Source: Campylobacterales bacterium
GTDB taxonomy: Bacteria > Campylobacterota > Campylobacteria > Campylobacterales > QNZT01
NCBI GenBank assembly: GCA_015489185.1
Contig: WGAE01000150.1
Span: forward strand, 1-46,280
Direction of reading: 5' to 3'
DNA: 46,280 nucleotides
Shown: positions 30,324-39,488 of the stretch, in pieces
Numbering within the stretch: position 1 is the stretch's first letter
How the letters are laid out: each line of letters opens with the position of its first letter
Made by a program: the position numbers and the translations under genes
Notes under the pieces: model-generated
Told to the model about the DNA's origin: nothing
Databases searched by the model: none
Seen by the model: the letters and a program-made list of their open reading frames with translations, nothing else

Positions 30324-31484
30324 TTATTTTAACCCGAAATAGTCTTTAATTTGTGACACTTTGTCCGTTTTTTCCCAGCTGAATGTCTCCAGTTCTCGCC
30401 CGAAATGCCCGTATGCCGCCGTTTTGCGATATATCGGTCGCAAAAGGTCGAGACTCTCGATAATACCTCTTGGTGTCAGGCGAAAAAACTCTCTGACACA
30501 TGCTTCCAGTTTCGTTTCATCCACTTTTGCGGTATCGTGCGTATCGACCATAATCGATACCGGTTCCACAACACCGATCGCATAAGCCAATTGTACGGTT
30601 GCTTTGTCACATACGCCTGCCGCAACCAGATTCTTAGCGATATAACGCGCCATATACGCGGCACTTCTGTCCACTTTTGAAGGGTCCTTTCCACTAAACG
30701 CACCACCGCCGTGCGGGCAACTCCCCCCATACGTATCAACGATGATCTTTCTACCCGTCAATCCGGCATCTCCCTGCGGTCCACCGATGACAAAACGCCC
30801 GGTAGGATTGATATGATATTTGATATTGTCCGCTTTGATACCCTCAGGAATATTCTTCTTGACCACCTCTTCGATCACCGCTTCTTTGAGCGTATTTTGT
30901 TCCACACTCGGTGCGTGCTGGGTAGAGATCACGATCGTATCAATTTCTGCAGGCATACCGTCTTCGTAACGAATACTCACCTGCGCTTTTCCATCAGGTC
31001 TGAGAAACGGAATACGTCCGCTTTTGCGCGCTTCGGCAAGTCCCTGTGTCAGACGATGCGCCATATGGATCGGAAGAGGCATCAGTACATCCGTCTCCCT
31101 GCACGCGTATCCGAACATCAACCCCTGATCACCAGCACCGATTTCACCGCCCGCCTGATCAACCCCCTGGTTGATATCGACACTCTGCTCACCCACACCG
31201 TTTAGCACTCCCGCACTGCGATAATCAAACCCGTACTGTGCATCGGTATAACCGATTTCACGAATCACTTCCCTCGCAATATCCTGCATAGGTGCATATG
31301 TCGTGGTTTTCAACTCTCCCGCAATGACACAAAATCCGTTGGAAAGAAGCGTTTCACACGCAACACGCGCTTTAGGGTCTCTTTCGATGATATAATCTAA
31401 AATGGCATCGCTGATCTGGTCGGCCATTTTGTCAGGGTGACCTTCCGTCACCGACTCACTGGTAAAAAGATAATTTTTCAACAT
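30324..31484 (-). CDS. metK: S-adenosylmethionine synthase
   Basis: 386 aa. Motifs [23 protein letters not shown] and [16 protein letters not shown]. Confidence 0.96.
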   Translation of the reverse strand: MLKNYLFTSESVTEGHPDKMADQISDAILDYIIERDPKARVACETLLSNGFCVIAGELKTTTYAPMQDIAREVIREIGYTDAQYGFDYRSAGVLNGVGEQSVDINQGVDQAGGEIGAGDQGLMFGYACRETDVLMPLPIHMAHRLTQGLAEARKSGRIPFLRPDGKAQVSIRYEDGMPAEIDTIVISTQHAPSVEQNTLKEAVIEEVVKKNIPEGIKADNIKYHINPTGRFVIGGPQGDAGLTGRKIIVDTYGGSCPHGGGAFSGKDPSKVDRSAAYMARYIAKNLVAAGVCDKATVQLAYAIGVVEPVSIMVDTHDTAKVDETKLEACVREFFRLTPRGIIESLDLLRPIYRKTAAYGHFGRELETFSWEKTDKVSQIKDYFGLK

Positions 31485-31519
31485 ATAAGTTCCCTGTCAG
31501 TATAATAAAAATCGCGACT

Positions 31520-31528
31520 ATTTTAACA
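31520..31528 (-). promoter_or_regulatory. Candidate extended -10 (TGTTAAAAT) for metK
   Basis: The minus strand reads TTTGTTAAAAT 35 nt upstream of the metK ATG. SD AGGGAA is in the leader. Confidence 0.35.
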
Positions 31529-31629
31529 AAAAAAATCTTTTTCTATCAATTTCTGTATACATTATCTTCATTTAAGCCAATATTCGATAAAATTTTTCCG
31601 CAAATAAATTTTACAAAAAGGATTAAATT

Positions 31630-32226
31630 ATGTTAGTGACAAACAAAGCACCTGATTTTACTGCAACCGCCGTTCTTGGAGACAACACATTCGTCGATGA
31701 TTTTAAACTGAGTGAAAATCTCGGTGAAAACGGTGCAGTTCTCTTCTTCTATCCACTCGATTTTACATTCGTATGTCCTTCAGAGATCATCGCATTCGAT
31801 CACAGACTCGACGAATTCACATCAAGAGGCATCAATGTCATCGGATGTTCGGTAGACAGCCAATACTCTCACTTCGCCTGGAAAAACACACCGGTTAGCG
31901 AAGGTGGTATCGGTCAGGTTCGTTACCCGCTCGTAGCGGATATCACAAAACAGATCGCACGTGACTACGATGTACTCTACAATGAAAGCGTGGCACTTCG
32001 CGGTTCATTCCTGATCGATAAGAATCAGATCGTCAGACATGCGGTCATCAACGATCTTCCATTGGGTAGAAATATCGACGAAATGATTCGTATGATTGAT
32101 GCGATGCTCTTTACAGATGAGCATGGAGAAGTATGCCCTGCGGGATGGCATAAAGGTGAAGAAGGAATGAAGGCTGATCCTAACGGTGTCGCGGAATATC
32201 TCGCAAAACACGCGGAAGAACTCTAA
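31630..32226 (+). CDS. ahpC: Typical 2-Cys peroxiredoxin (alkyl hydroperoxide reductase C / TsaA)
   Basis: 198 aa. Peroxidatic Cys in DFTFVCPSEI and resolving Cys in GEVCPAGW. Confidence 0.93.
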   Translation: MLVTNKAPDFTATAVLGDNTFVDDFKLSENLGENGAVLFFYPLDFTFVCPSEIIAFDHRLDEFTSRGINVIGCSVDSQYSHFAWKNTPVSEGGIGQVRYPLVADITKQIARDYDVLYNESVALRGSFLIDKNQIVRHAVINDLPLGRNIDEMIRMIDAMLFTDEHGEVCPAGWHKGEEGMKADPNGVAEYLAKHAEEL

Positions 32227-32231
32227 TCTAC

Positions 32232-32294
32232 GGTTCGCTCCGCGAACCAGGCATAAAAAAAAGGGGCGGCGGGTTTGAAACCCGTCGCCCCTTT
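32232..32294. terminator. Bidirectional terminator region between convergent ahpC and rplU (two hairpins)
   Basis: Hairpin 1 is ggttcgc-tcc-gcgaacc (32232-32248). Hairpin 2 is a 14-bp GC-rich stem, GGGGCGGCGGGTTT / AAACCCGTCGCCCC, with one G:U pair. It is flanked by an A-run on the left and TTTT on the right, which is the classic bidirectional intrinsic terminator layout. Confidence 0.75.
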
Positions 32295-32322
32295 TACGTT
32301 CTGTTCTGCCGACGATGTACGA

Positions 32323-32634
32323 TCAGGCGGAAATTTTCGTTACTTTAACACGTGTATACTCTCTTCTGAAACCTTTTTTCAGTTTGGAGTCTTTTCTGCG
32401 TCTCTTTTTGTAAATAATCACTTTTTTATCTTTGCCTTCGGCTACAACCTCAAGCTCTACCGCCGCACCTTCTACGTAAGGTGTACCTATCTTCAGCTCA
32501 CCGTCATTTACGGCAAGTACTTCTGTAAGAGTGATCTTCTCTTTCGGGGAAGCGCCAAGTTTATCGAGATTGAGATAATCTCCTTCCTGGACTTTGTATT
32601 GCTTACCGCCGCTTTTAATGATAGCATACATCAT
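32323..32634 (-). CDS. rplU: 50S ribosomal protein L21
   Basis: 103 aa. N-terminus [18 protein letters not shown], with a basic C-terminal part. Confidence 0.93.
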   Translation of the reverse strand: MMYAIIKSGGKQYKVQEGDYLNLDKLGASPKEKITLTEVLAVNDGELKIGTPYVEGAAVELEVVAEGKDKKVIIYKKRRRKDSKLKKGFRREYTRVKVTKISA

Positions 32635-32701
32635 TATGTCCTTGTTTCTGAATTTTGAACGCCGATTTTACAAAAAACTACATTAATAGCAGTTTAAATC
32701 G

Positions 32702-33094
32702 CTAAAAATGGTACTCCTGACCTACATCAAGCGCAATCGCATCGATTTCAATCTGAACATTTTTAGGCAATGTCTTGACCGCCACCGTGCTTCTGGCGGG
32801 ATACGCACCCGCAAAAAACTCCGCATAAACCGTATTGACCGCGATAAAATCATCCATGTTTGTCAAATAGATCGTTGTTTTGACGATATGTTCCAGGGAA
32901 CTTCCCGCTGCTTCGAGTACCGCATTGAGATTGGTCAATACTTGTCTGGTCTGTTCATGAATATCACCTTCGACCAGTTTCCCGTCCGGAGTCAGGGGAA
33001 TTTGTCCCGATGTAAAAATGAAACCGTTCGCTTTGATCGCCTGAGAATATGGGCCGATCGCTGCAGGAGCATTTTCCGTCGTTACTCTTGTCAT
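32702..33094 (-). CDS. ridA: RidA/YjgF-family reactive enamine/imine deaminase
   Basis: 130 aa. Motifs [16 protein letters not shown] and [22 protein letters not shown]. Confidence 0.88.
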   Translation of the reverse strand: MTRVTTENAPAAIGPYSQAIKANGFIFTSGQIPLTPDGKLVEGDIHEQTRQVLTNLNAVLEAAGSSLEHIVKTTIYLTNMDDFIAVNTVYAEFFAGAYPARSTVAVKTLPKNVQIEIDAIALDVGQEYHF

Positions 33095-33121
33095 TGCCGT
33101 CCTTTAGATTTGATTTCGGGA

Positions 33122-33130
33122 ATTATAACA
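33122..33130 (-). promoter_or_regulatory. Candidate extended -10 (TGTTATAAT) for ridA-rplU
   Basis: A perfect TGnTATAAT on the minus strand 27 nt upstream of the ridA ATG. SD AAAGGA is correctly spaced. Confidence 0.5.
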
Positions 33131-33172
33131 AAATATATATAAACATAAATTTTATTTTAAACTTTATTGAAT

Positions 33173-33178
33173 ATAATA
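33173..33178 (+). promoter_or_regulatory. Candidate -10 (TATAAT) for the 33.2-kb OMP gene
   Basis: TTGAATATAAT lies 26 nt upstream of ATG 33205 in an AT-rich divergent spacer. Confidence 0.4.
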
Positions 33179-33204
33179 TAGATTAAGAAGTGAAGGAGTT
33201 TGTT

Positions 33205-33753
33205 ATGAAAAAGTTACTGACCGCATTCGCAGCAGGTCTCTTCGCAAGTACCACTCTTTTTGCCGCCGATGCAAGCGAGTCGTATCTGGACCGTGTGGGT
33301 GTAGGTTTTGCATTGCAGGATGTCATCAAGAACGATAAATTCGATGCCGGAAGCGCATTGGTCCTGAATGCCGGAAAAGATATATACAGTGATATCGGAC
33401 TGGAATTAGAAGGAACCATCGGTCTGACAAAACCGGAAGCAAAGTTTGCGGGACAAACCCATGATGTCGACTTCTGGTCGCTTGGATTGTATGGAACCTA
33501 TATCTGGAAAATCAATCGGCTGAGTATTAAACCGAGACTCGGTGTGGTTTATGAAAGTATCAAATCGACCCTCAATATCCACACCAATTCCGATGCGATG
33601 GGTGATTCGAAAACCTATAAAAAAGATATTGCTATTAGTGGTGGTATCGGTGCGGCATTCGATCTGGGCGAAAATTACACAATCTATACGAACTACACCA
33701 AATTTGAAGACGATATCAATCAACTCACTTTCGGAGCGGAATACAAATTCTGA
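33205..33753 (+). CDS. Small outer-membrane beta-barrel protein (OMP_b-brl type)
   Basis: About 182 aa. Signal peptide MKKLLTAFAAGLFASTTLFA, amphipathic strands, and C-terminal FGAEYKF. Start re-set to ATG 33205 after SD GAAGGAG. Confidence 0.65.
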   Translation: MKKLLTAFAAGLFASTTLFAADASESYLDRVGVGFALQDVIKNDKFDAGSALVLNAGKDIYSDIGLELEGTIGLTKPEAKFAGQTHDVDFWSLGLYGTYIWKINRLSIKPRLGVVYESIKSTLNIHTNSDAMGDSKTYKKDIAISGGIGAAFDLGENYTIYTNYTKFEDDINQLTFGAEYKF

Positions 33754-33760
33754 TTCCGCT
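33735..33760 (+). terminator. Weak hairpin at the end of the OMP gene
   Basis: An 8-bp inverted repeat agcggaat / attccgct with a 10-nt loop spans the stop codon. A T-rich tract follows only after about 15 nt. Confidence 0.3.
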
Positions 33761-33790
33761 TCCGCGTACTCTCTTCCTTTTTACTTCCCG

Positions 33791-34621
33791 TTACTTTTCT
33801 CTTTCGAGATTGTAAAGATAATTGGTTGCTTCGACATACCCCTCGACACTTCCGCAGTCAAAACGTTTCCCCTTGAACTTACACGCCAGTACCATTCCGG
33901 TACGTGCCAGTGTCATCAACGCATCCGTAATCTGTACCTCCCCGTTCTTACCCGGTTTGGTTGATTTAAGCACGGAAAAGATATCCGGTGTCAAAATATA
34001 ACGCCCGATAATCGCCAGATTTGACGGCGCTTCGGAGGGCTCCGGTTTTTCGACCATCTCCGTTACCATGAAAACTCCATCTTCCAGCTCTTTACCGTCA
34101 ATCACCCCATATTTATAGGTCTCTTCAATCGGTACTTCCATAATTGCGACAATCGAACATTTGTATTTCTGGTAAAGTTTGAGCATTTGTGTCAAGACAC
34201 CGCTCCCCTCTTCGTTAATACACAAATCATCCGCCAATATCACCGCAAACGGCTCTTTCCCGATCAACACTTCACCTTTTAAAATCGCATCTCCCAGCCC
34301 CTTCATCTCAATCTGACGGGTATAGGTAAAGGTACATTTAGAGATGAGTGCACGAATCTCCGTTAACAAGTGTTCTTTGGAACTTCCCTGAATCTGATGC
34401 TCCAGTTCATAGGAGATATCAAAATGATCCTCAATGGCTCTTTTACCACGCCCGGTTATAATCGCCATCGTATGCATTCCCGCTTCTACCGCCTCTTCGA
34501 CACCGTACTGGATCAGCGGTTTTGTCAGAATCGGCAACATCTCCTTGGGCATCGCTTTTGTAACAGGAAGAAACCTGGTCCCGTAACCGGCTGCGGGAAA
34601 CAGACATTTGTTGATTTTCAT
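33791..34621 (-). CDS. galU: UTP--glucose-1-phosphate uridylyltransferase
   Basis: 276 aa. N-terminal CLFPAAGYGTRFLPVTKAMPKEMLPI, plus VEKP. The ATG overlaps the upstream stop (ATGA). Confidence 0.92.
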   Translation of the reverse strand: MKINKCLFPAAGYGTRFLPVTKAMPKEMLPILTKPLIQYGVEEAVEAGMHTMAIITGRGKRAIEDHFDISYELEHQIQGSSKEHLLTEIRALISKCTFTYTRQIEMKGLGDAILKGEVLIGKEPFAVILADDLCINEEGSGVLTQMLKLYQKYKCSIVAIMEVPIEETYKYGVIDGKELEDGVFMVTEMVEKPEPSEAPSNLAIIGRYILTPDIFSVLKSTKPGKNGEVQITDALMTLARTGMVLACKFKGKRFDCGSVEGYVEATNYLYNLEREK

Positions 34622-36333
34622 GTATCATCCTCTTCATATTTAATCCACGCAATCGCATACGCATCAAGCGTTATCATACCATTTTCCACCCTTCTTTCGG
34701 CTATAAGATCATAACCTCCAAAAGAGAGAAAATTTGATATATTGCATATTATCGTCCGATTTGAAAAATTATGCAGTGCAAGCAACGATGTTCCGCTCTC
34801 TTCGTCAAATCGCCGGATACCGAAAACCGCATCCTCCAGACTAAAATATGCACTCTCCCCGTAGGGATCAAAAAGCGGCTCCTCCTGACGTATACGAAGC
34901 AGTTTTTTCATACCTGAAAAAATCTCCGCCCGAAGCGATCCCGTTTCATGTAACATTTTGCACAATCGATCCACATTGCACTTTTCACGGTTGATCGCAC
35001 GCAGTTTCCCTGTTTTCATCACCGCATCAAAATCACTCGTCGAACCGACCAAAGAGTGAAAATAGATGCCCGGAATCCCCGGCAGTGCCAGCATCACCGC
35101 CTGTGTCAGCAACATCTTTTTTAGCCGAAGAGAAATTGGATCACTCGGATCAGAAATGATATCGATATAACTCATATTGAGTTCATACGCTTCACGATTT
35201 CCGTCCGGCAACGTACGATACGACACATAACCGCCACGTTTTTCCACCGTTTCTGTCAAAGCATCAATCGCTTCAGGCGGTAAAAGTCCGCGCACCGGTC
35301 TTAGCCCGCATCCGTCATGACTGGCGGTAAAATTGAAAAAACAGGCGCCTTTTCTTGCCTTCATACGCTTCTGCGCCCATTGTGTCAATATCTGCACATC
35401 ACCGCTTTGTACTGCATACGCCAGCAAAGGCGGCAAGGCAAAATTGTAGACCATATCGGCTTCGGGTTCAAGCCCCCCGAAATAGGAGATATTCTCTTCA
35501 TGCGGAACATTTGTCTCCGTAACCAGCAATACATCGGATGAGACTTCATGAAGTACTTTGCGCATCAGACGAATCAACGCATGCGTCTGCGGCAGATGGA
35601 TTGATTCCGTCCCCGCCTCTTTCCACAAAAAAGCGACCGCATCCAGACGAAGCAGTTTCGCACCGCGCCACACATAAAAGAGTAGCGTCTCCAAAATCTC
35701 AAGCAGCAGTTCCGACGAGCGGTAATTCAGATCAACCTGATCGCGGCTGAATGTTGTCCAGATATGGTGCTTGTTACCATACACATCCGTAAACGGATGC
35801 AAAAGGGGCGTCGTTCTGGGACGTACGACCCGGTGCAAATCCGTTTCGGGATCCACTTCATAAAAATAGGTCGCATACTTTTTGTCACCGGCGAGCATCG
35901 CACGAAACCAGAAATGATACTGCGAAACATGGTTGCAAACCGCATCAAACATCAGTCGATAATCTTGTGCCAGTGTGGCAATATCATCCCAGTTTCCAAG
36001 TCCGGGCGCAACCTCTTTGTAATCGATCACCGAAAAGCCGTCATCCGAAGAAGAGGGATAAAAGGGCAGCAGATGCACCGAATTGATCAGCCCCTGCATC
36101 TCTTCCTTCAGAAACTTTCGCAGTGTCACAAGCGGCGCTTCACCCGGACGTACAACCTGATCGGCATAGATGATCAACACGACATCCTGATGCGTCGGAC
36201 GGTAATTGCATCCGGGAATACGTTTGCGATATTTACGAATCAGAAGATCGATTTTTTCGGCAACTTCTCCTGCTTCTGCTTCACCGTATAAAAATACCAG
36301 TTCCGTCAAAATTGATCGCTCAATTCCCTGCAT
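34618..36333 (-). CDS. GH13_18 sucrose-phosphorylase-family glucoside phosphorylase, probable glucosylglycerate phosphorylase
   Basis: About 571 aa. GH13 catalytic contexts are intact: LLRLDAVAFLWKE (nucleophile Asp), LLVTETNVPH (acid/base Glu) and FTASHDGCGL (His-Asp). Start re-set to ATG 36333 (MQGIERS...). The substrate is inferred from neighbouring genes only. Confidence 0.68.
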   Translation of the reverse strand: MQGIERSILTELVFLYGEAEAGEVAEKIDLLIRKYRKRIPGCNYRPTHQDVVLIIYADQVVRPGEAPLVTLRKFLKEEMQGLINSVHLLPFYPSSSDDGFSVIDYKEVAPGLGNWDDIATLAQDYRLMFDAVCNHVSQYHFWFRAMLAGDKKYATYFYEVDPETDLHRVVRPRTTPLLHPFTDVYGNKHHIWTTFSRDQVDLNYRSSELLLEILETLLFYVWRGAKLLRLDAVAFLWKEAGTESIHLPQTHALIRLMRKVLHEVSSDVLLVTETNVPHEENISYFGGLEPEADMVYNFALPPLLAYAVQSGDVQILTQWAQKRMKARKGACFFNFTASHDGCGLRPVRGLLPPEAIDALTETVEKRGGYVSYRTLPDGNREAYELNMSYIDIISDPSDPISLRLKKMLLTQAVMLALPGIPGIYFHSLVGSTSDFDAVMKTGKLRAINREKCNVDRLCKMLHETGSLRAEIFSGMKKLLRIRQEEPLFDPYGESAYFSLEDAVFGIRRFDEESGTSLLALHNFSNRTIICNISNFLSFGGYDLIAERRVENGMITLDAYAIAWIKYEEDDT

Positions 36334-37534
36334 TATCCTGCCTGACCGCTTCCTGAAATCTGTAACTGAAACTCGGCAAAACAGAGCGTACCGCCGTCCA
36401 GGGTGCCAGTGAGGGAACACCCATCGGATCGCGGTTAAACTCCTCCTTGGCGGCACGCAGTGCATCGGTAAAAGCTTTGATCGCCTGTAGTTCGGCTTTT
36501 CGATTGTACTGTAAACCGTTCACTTCCGAAATCACACTATATTGTGCGATTGCCCGCTGCGCCTCTTCATAGTAGGTTGTCAAAAGCGCGTTGAAATTTG
36601 CCGTCGAGAAGGTCACCCCCGTCTGGCTCATGATACGAAAAATCGTCTCCGCGATCTCTTTGGTCATCTTCGAAACACCGTCACACGCCTCAACGCCGAT
36701 CTCCTGATGTTTATGTTCGTAACTCTCCATAATCTCCGACTGACAAATCCGTTTTCTCGAAGTGTTATAGTAGACCTCACTCAGTGTCGACACCTCCAGC
36801 CCCCACGTCGGCGATATGCGAATACCACGCGCCAGTGAACGGATAAAAGCGAACTCACCGGAAAGCGCGTATCGAAAACTTCCCATATAATCAAGATAGC
36901 GATTTTTTCCGAAAATCCGCTCCAGTGACTTCAAAAAGGGTGTATAGAACAGACGCGTCGCACGTCCGTGAACACGGTTGGTCACCCTGGCGTAGTACCC
37001 TTTGTTAAACTCATAGTCAAACCCCGGATGTACAATCGGATAAAGTAGCCGTGCGGGGATTTCACGGGTATAGTTGACAATATCGCAATCGTGCACCGCA
37101 ATGGCATATGCATCCTGATCGGAGAGAATGTATCCCAGCATCAGCCAGACATTCAACCCTTTTCCCCTGCGTTCGATCGACTCGAAACCCGCCTCCTGCA
37201 ACTCCTTTTTCAACGCCTTGATCCGCGGTCCGTCGTTCCAGATCACATCTACCGGAACAGGCAAATCCTTCATAAACGCCCGAACACGCGCAAACTCCTC
37301 CGCATCCGCCTGATCCAGCCCTACAACGATCCGATAGAGATAACGCACCTGCTGTAGCTCTTCAACAATCTTTTGCATCGCCGGCGTCTCAAACTCACTG
37401 TAGAGTGCAGGCAAAAGCAGCACCATATTGCGCCGCTTCGAGAGTTTGAGTAACATCTCCTCCATCTCTTCGATCGTGCGACTGCCTATTTTAGGAATCG
37501 TGGTAATGACCCCGTTTTGAAAAAAGTCGGACAT
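36320..37534 (-). CDS. gpgS: Retaining GT-A glycosyltransferase of the GpgS/MpgS type, probable glucosyl-3-phosphoglycerate synthase
   Basis: 404 aa. RGKGLNVWLMLGYIL followed by IAVHDCDIVNY (DxD-type motif), and a later ESYEHKHQ segment. The layout parallels mannosyl/glucosyl-(3-phospho)glycerate synthases as I remember them. SD AAGGA lies 7 nt upstream. Confidence 0.65.
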   Translation of the reverse strand: MSDFFQNGVITTIPKIGSRTIEEMEEMLLKLSKRRNMVLLLPALYSEFETPAMQKIVEELQQVRYLYRIVVGLDQADAEEFARVRAFMKDLPVPVDVIWNDGPRIKALKKELQEAGFESIERRGKGLNVWLMLGYILSDQDAYAIAVHDCDIVNYTREIPARLLYPIVHPGFDYEFNKGYYARVTNRVHGRATRLFYTPFLKSLERIFGKNRYLDYMGSFRYALSGEFAFIRSLARGIRISPTWGLEVSTLSEVYYNTSRKRICQSEIMESYEHKHQEIGVEACDGVSKMTKEIAETIFRIMSQTGVTFSTANFNALLTTYYEEAQRAIAQYSVISEVNGLQYNRKAELQAIKAFTDALRAAKEEFNRDPMGVPSLAPWTAVRSVLPSFSYRFQEAVRQDNAGN

Positions 37535-37537
37535 CGT

Positions 37538-38746
37538 TTATTCCTTTATCAGTATCATCACATCCGCTACATTGGTGCCTGTCGCTCCCGTTTCGATCAA
37601 TGTACCGTATTTGCGGTGAAAACGCCACGCATCATTGTTGCGAATATATTTGCGCACCGCATCACATTTGTGTCGCCACGAAACACAGGCTCCCGCCGCA
37701 TTCGTCACTCCGTCAATACCGTCGGTACCGGCACTCAGAAAAGTATAACGCTCGGATGCTTTCATTTGTTGCAAAATATGCAGACAAAGCTCCTGATTGC
37801 GTCCTCCTTTACCGTTTCCGCGCACCGTCACCGTCGTCTCTCCTCCAAACACCAGCACCGATTTTTCACGCTCAATCGCCCTTGCCCGTGCCAAAATATA
37901 CGCCGCCGCATCTGCGACATCACCCGTCAGACCGCTCTCGCGTACCGCTACTTTATAGCCTCTTTCTGCCGCACGCTCACAAATCGCATCCAGTGCCGTT
38001 TCGTTGGATGCGATCACTTCATGCACAAGATTCAGATTTGCCGTATCGGGAGTTTCCGATGCGGAATCGTGCAAATAGCGCAAAATCGTTTCGGGAAGAT
38101 CGTCGAAGATTTGATATTTTCGTAAAACCGCAATCGCCTCTTCTCGGGTCGAACGATCCCGATACAGCGGTGCGGAACCGATTGTCTCCAGATCGTTGCC
38201 GATCACATCACTGACGACAAAGACTTTTCCTTTTGCTTTGCACGCTGCACCTAGTTTACCGCCTTTGATACGGGAGAGAAGTTTGCGTACGACATTGATT
38301 TCCCCAATCGACGCACCGCTGTTGAGTAACCGACGGTTGAGTCGATGCAACGCTTCCAAATCAATCTGTGGCGGCAGTAACTCTAGCATCGCCGAAGTTC
38401 CGCCCGAAAGCAGATAGATCATGAAGTCATCCTCTCCCAGTCTTTCTACCATATCCATCATCTGCGATCCCGCTTCAAGGCTTCGGGATGTGACATCGGG
38501 GTGTGTACTTTGAAACGCCCTCAAACGCCCGTCACAACCGGAGATTTCAGAGGAAACGAGGAAACTTTGTACAATCTTCAGATCCGGAGCGATACGCCGC
38601 GCCATAGCGCATGCTGCTTTCCCGGACCCAAGCAGTGTAACGGGTTGATTTATCGGCAGATCGGAGAGATCGAAGATGAGGTTTTCGGGACGAACGGCAT
38701 CCAGACCCGCTTGAAACAGTGCGATTGCATCATTTATCGTACGCAT
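37538..38746 (-). CDS. Glycerate kinase, MOFRL (DUF4147+MOFRL) class, probably glycerate 2-kinase
   Basis: 402 aa. LLSGGTSAM, GGETTVTVRGNGKGGRNQE and FLSAGTDGIDG are hallmark motifs of the TtuD/GCK family. Confidence 0.82.
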   Translation of the reverse strand: MRTINDAIALFQAGLDAVRPENLIFDLSDLPINQPVTLLGSGKAACAMARRIAPDLKIVQSFLVSSEISGCDGRLRAFQSTHPDVTSRSLEAGSQMMDMVERLGEDDFMIYLLSGGTSAMLELLPPQIDLEALHRLNRRLLNSGASIGEINVVRKLLSRIKGGKLGAACKAKGKVFVVSDVIGNDLETIGSAPLYRDRSTREEAIAVLRKYQIFDDLPETILRYLHDSASETPDTANLNLVHEVIASNETALDAICERAAERGYKVAVRESGLTGDVADAAAYILARARAIEREKSVLVFGGETTVTVRGNGKGGRNQELCLHILQQMKASERYTFLSAGTDGIDGVTNAAGACVSWRHKCDAVRKYIRNNDAWRFHRKYGTLIETGATGTNVADVMILIKE

Positions 38747-39488
38747 CGAAAAAGGCTTTCAAGGCTGCGTTCCAGCCGCGACTCCCCTCATACGGCGCAC
38801 GTCTGAGTCCCTCACGTTCAAAAGGGATAAAATCCCCACCGTGCCTTGGAATCAGGATCGGGACATCGACGGACTCCAGCAACGGGATGTCGTTGAAATT
38901 GTCTCCCAGTCCGATGCTAAGATACCCCGGATAACACTCCATCGCTTTGCGAACCGCGGCACCCTTATCCTGCCTTGCTCCGACACAGTGGTAAAATCTG
39001 CCGCCGCGTAAAATTGTAAATCCTTCCGCTTGCGCCCTCTCCCGCAATCCGTCAATATCCATTTGGAGATCGATCAGGAAGGGTTCACTGAACTCCCGTG
39101 CTTTTGCCAAAGCCGCCTGTTTTGGTGAAAAACCGGTATGGCGAGCGATCTCTTCGACAGACATATCCTTAAAAGCGTGAATCCCGAAACGCTCTTTATA
39201 TTTGTCGATAAAAGCGGCAATCTCTTCATGAGGACGTCCCAGCAGCACCTCTTCACCGTCAGGAAAACAGATGCACGCACCGTTTTCGACGATAAACGGC
39301 GCACTGATCTGCATCGCTTTTTGCAAAGCCAGGCACTCACGGCGGGTTTTACTGGTTGTATAAATGAGAGGAATTTGGTGTCTGCGCAGATAGTCAAGCA
39401 TCGAAAGCGCTCCGGAGAAACTGTAGTCTCCATGATCGAGCAGACTTCCGTCCAGATCCGTAAAAACGACAAAACGGTTATCGGGCAA
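38730..39488 (-). CDS. gpgP: HAD-IIB phosphatase of the mannosyl/glucosyl-3-phosphoglycerate phosphatase (MPGP/YedP) family
   Basis: 252 aa. HAD motif I FTDLDGSLL, motif II TTSKT and motif IV GDNFNDIPLL. TTG start follows SD GAAGGAG and overlaps the pgi stop by 11 nt. Confidence 0.72.
   Translation of the reverse strand: MPDNRFVVFTDLDGSLLDHGDYSFSGALSMLDYLRRHQIPLIYTTSKTRRECLALQKAMQISAPFIVENGACICFPDGEEVLLGRPHEEIAAFIDKYKERFGIHAFKDMSVEEIARHTGFSPKQAALAKAREFSEPFLIDLQMDIDGLRERAQAEGFTILRGGRFYHCVGARQDKGAAVRKAMECYPGYLSIGLGDNFNDIPLLESVDVPILIPRHGGDFIPFEREGLRRAPYEGSRGWNAALKAFFDAYDK

Noticed and set aside
31485-31629. A possible SAM riboswitch in the metK leader, or a PerR/Fur operator for ahpC, in the 145-nt divergent spacer.
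   Set aside because: The spacer is very AT-rich with no conserved helices or GC-rich stems, and the metK leader is only about 35 nt from the best -10. I could not find a convincing inverted repeat operator. An operator is not excluded, but it is unsupported.
32275-32658. A 127-aa plus-strand ORF covering the terminator and the antisense of rplU.
   Set aside because: It starts inside the bidirectional terminator hairpin and runs opposite a ribosomal protein gene. No SD is present.
36334-36465. A 44-codon N-terminal extension of the GH13_18 ORF.
   Set aside because: It lies entirely within the GpgS-like coding region and is Arg/Trp/His/Pro-rich junk. ATG 36333 gives a sensible 14-nt overlap.
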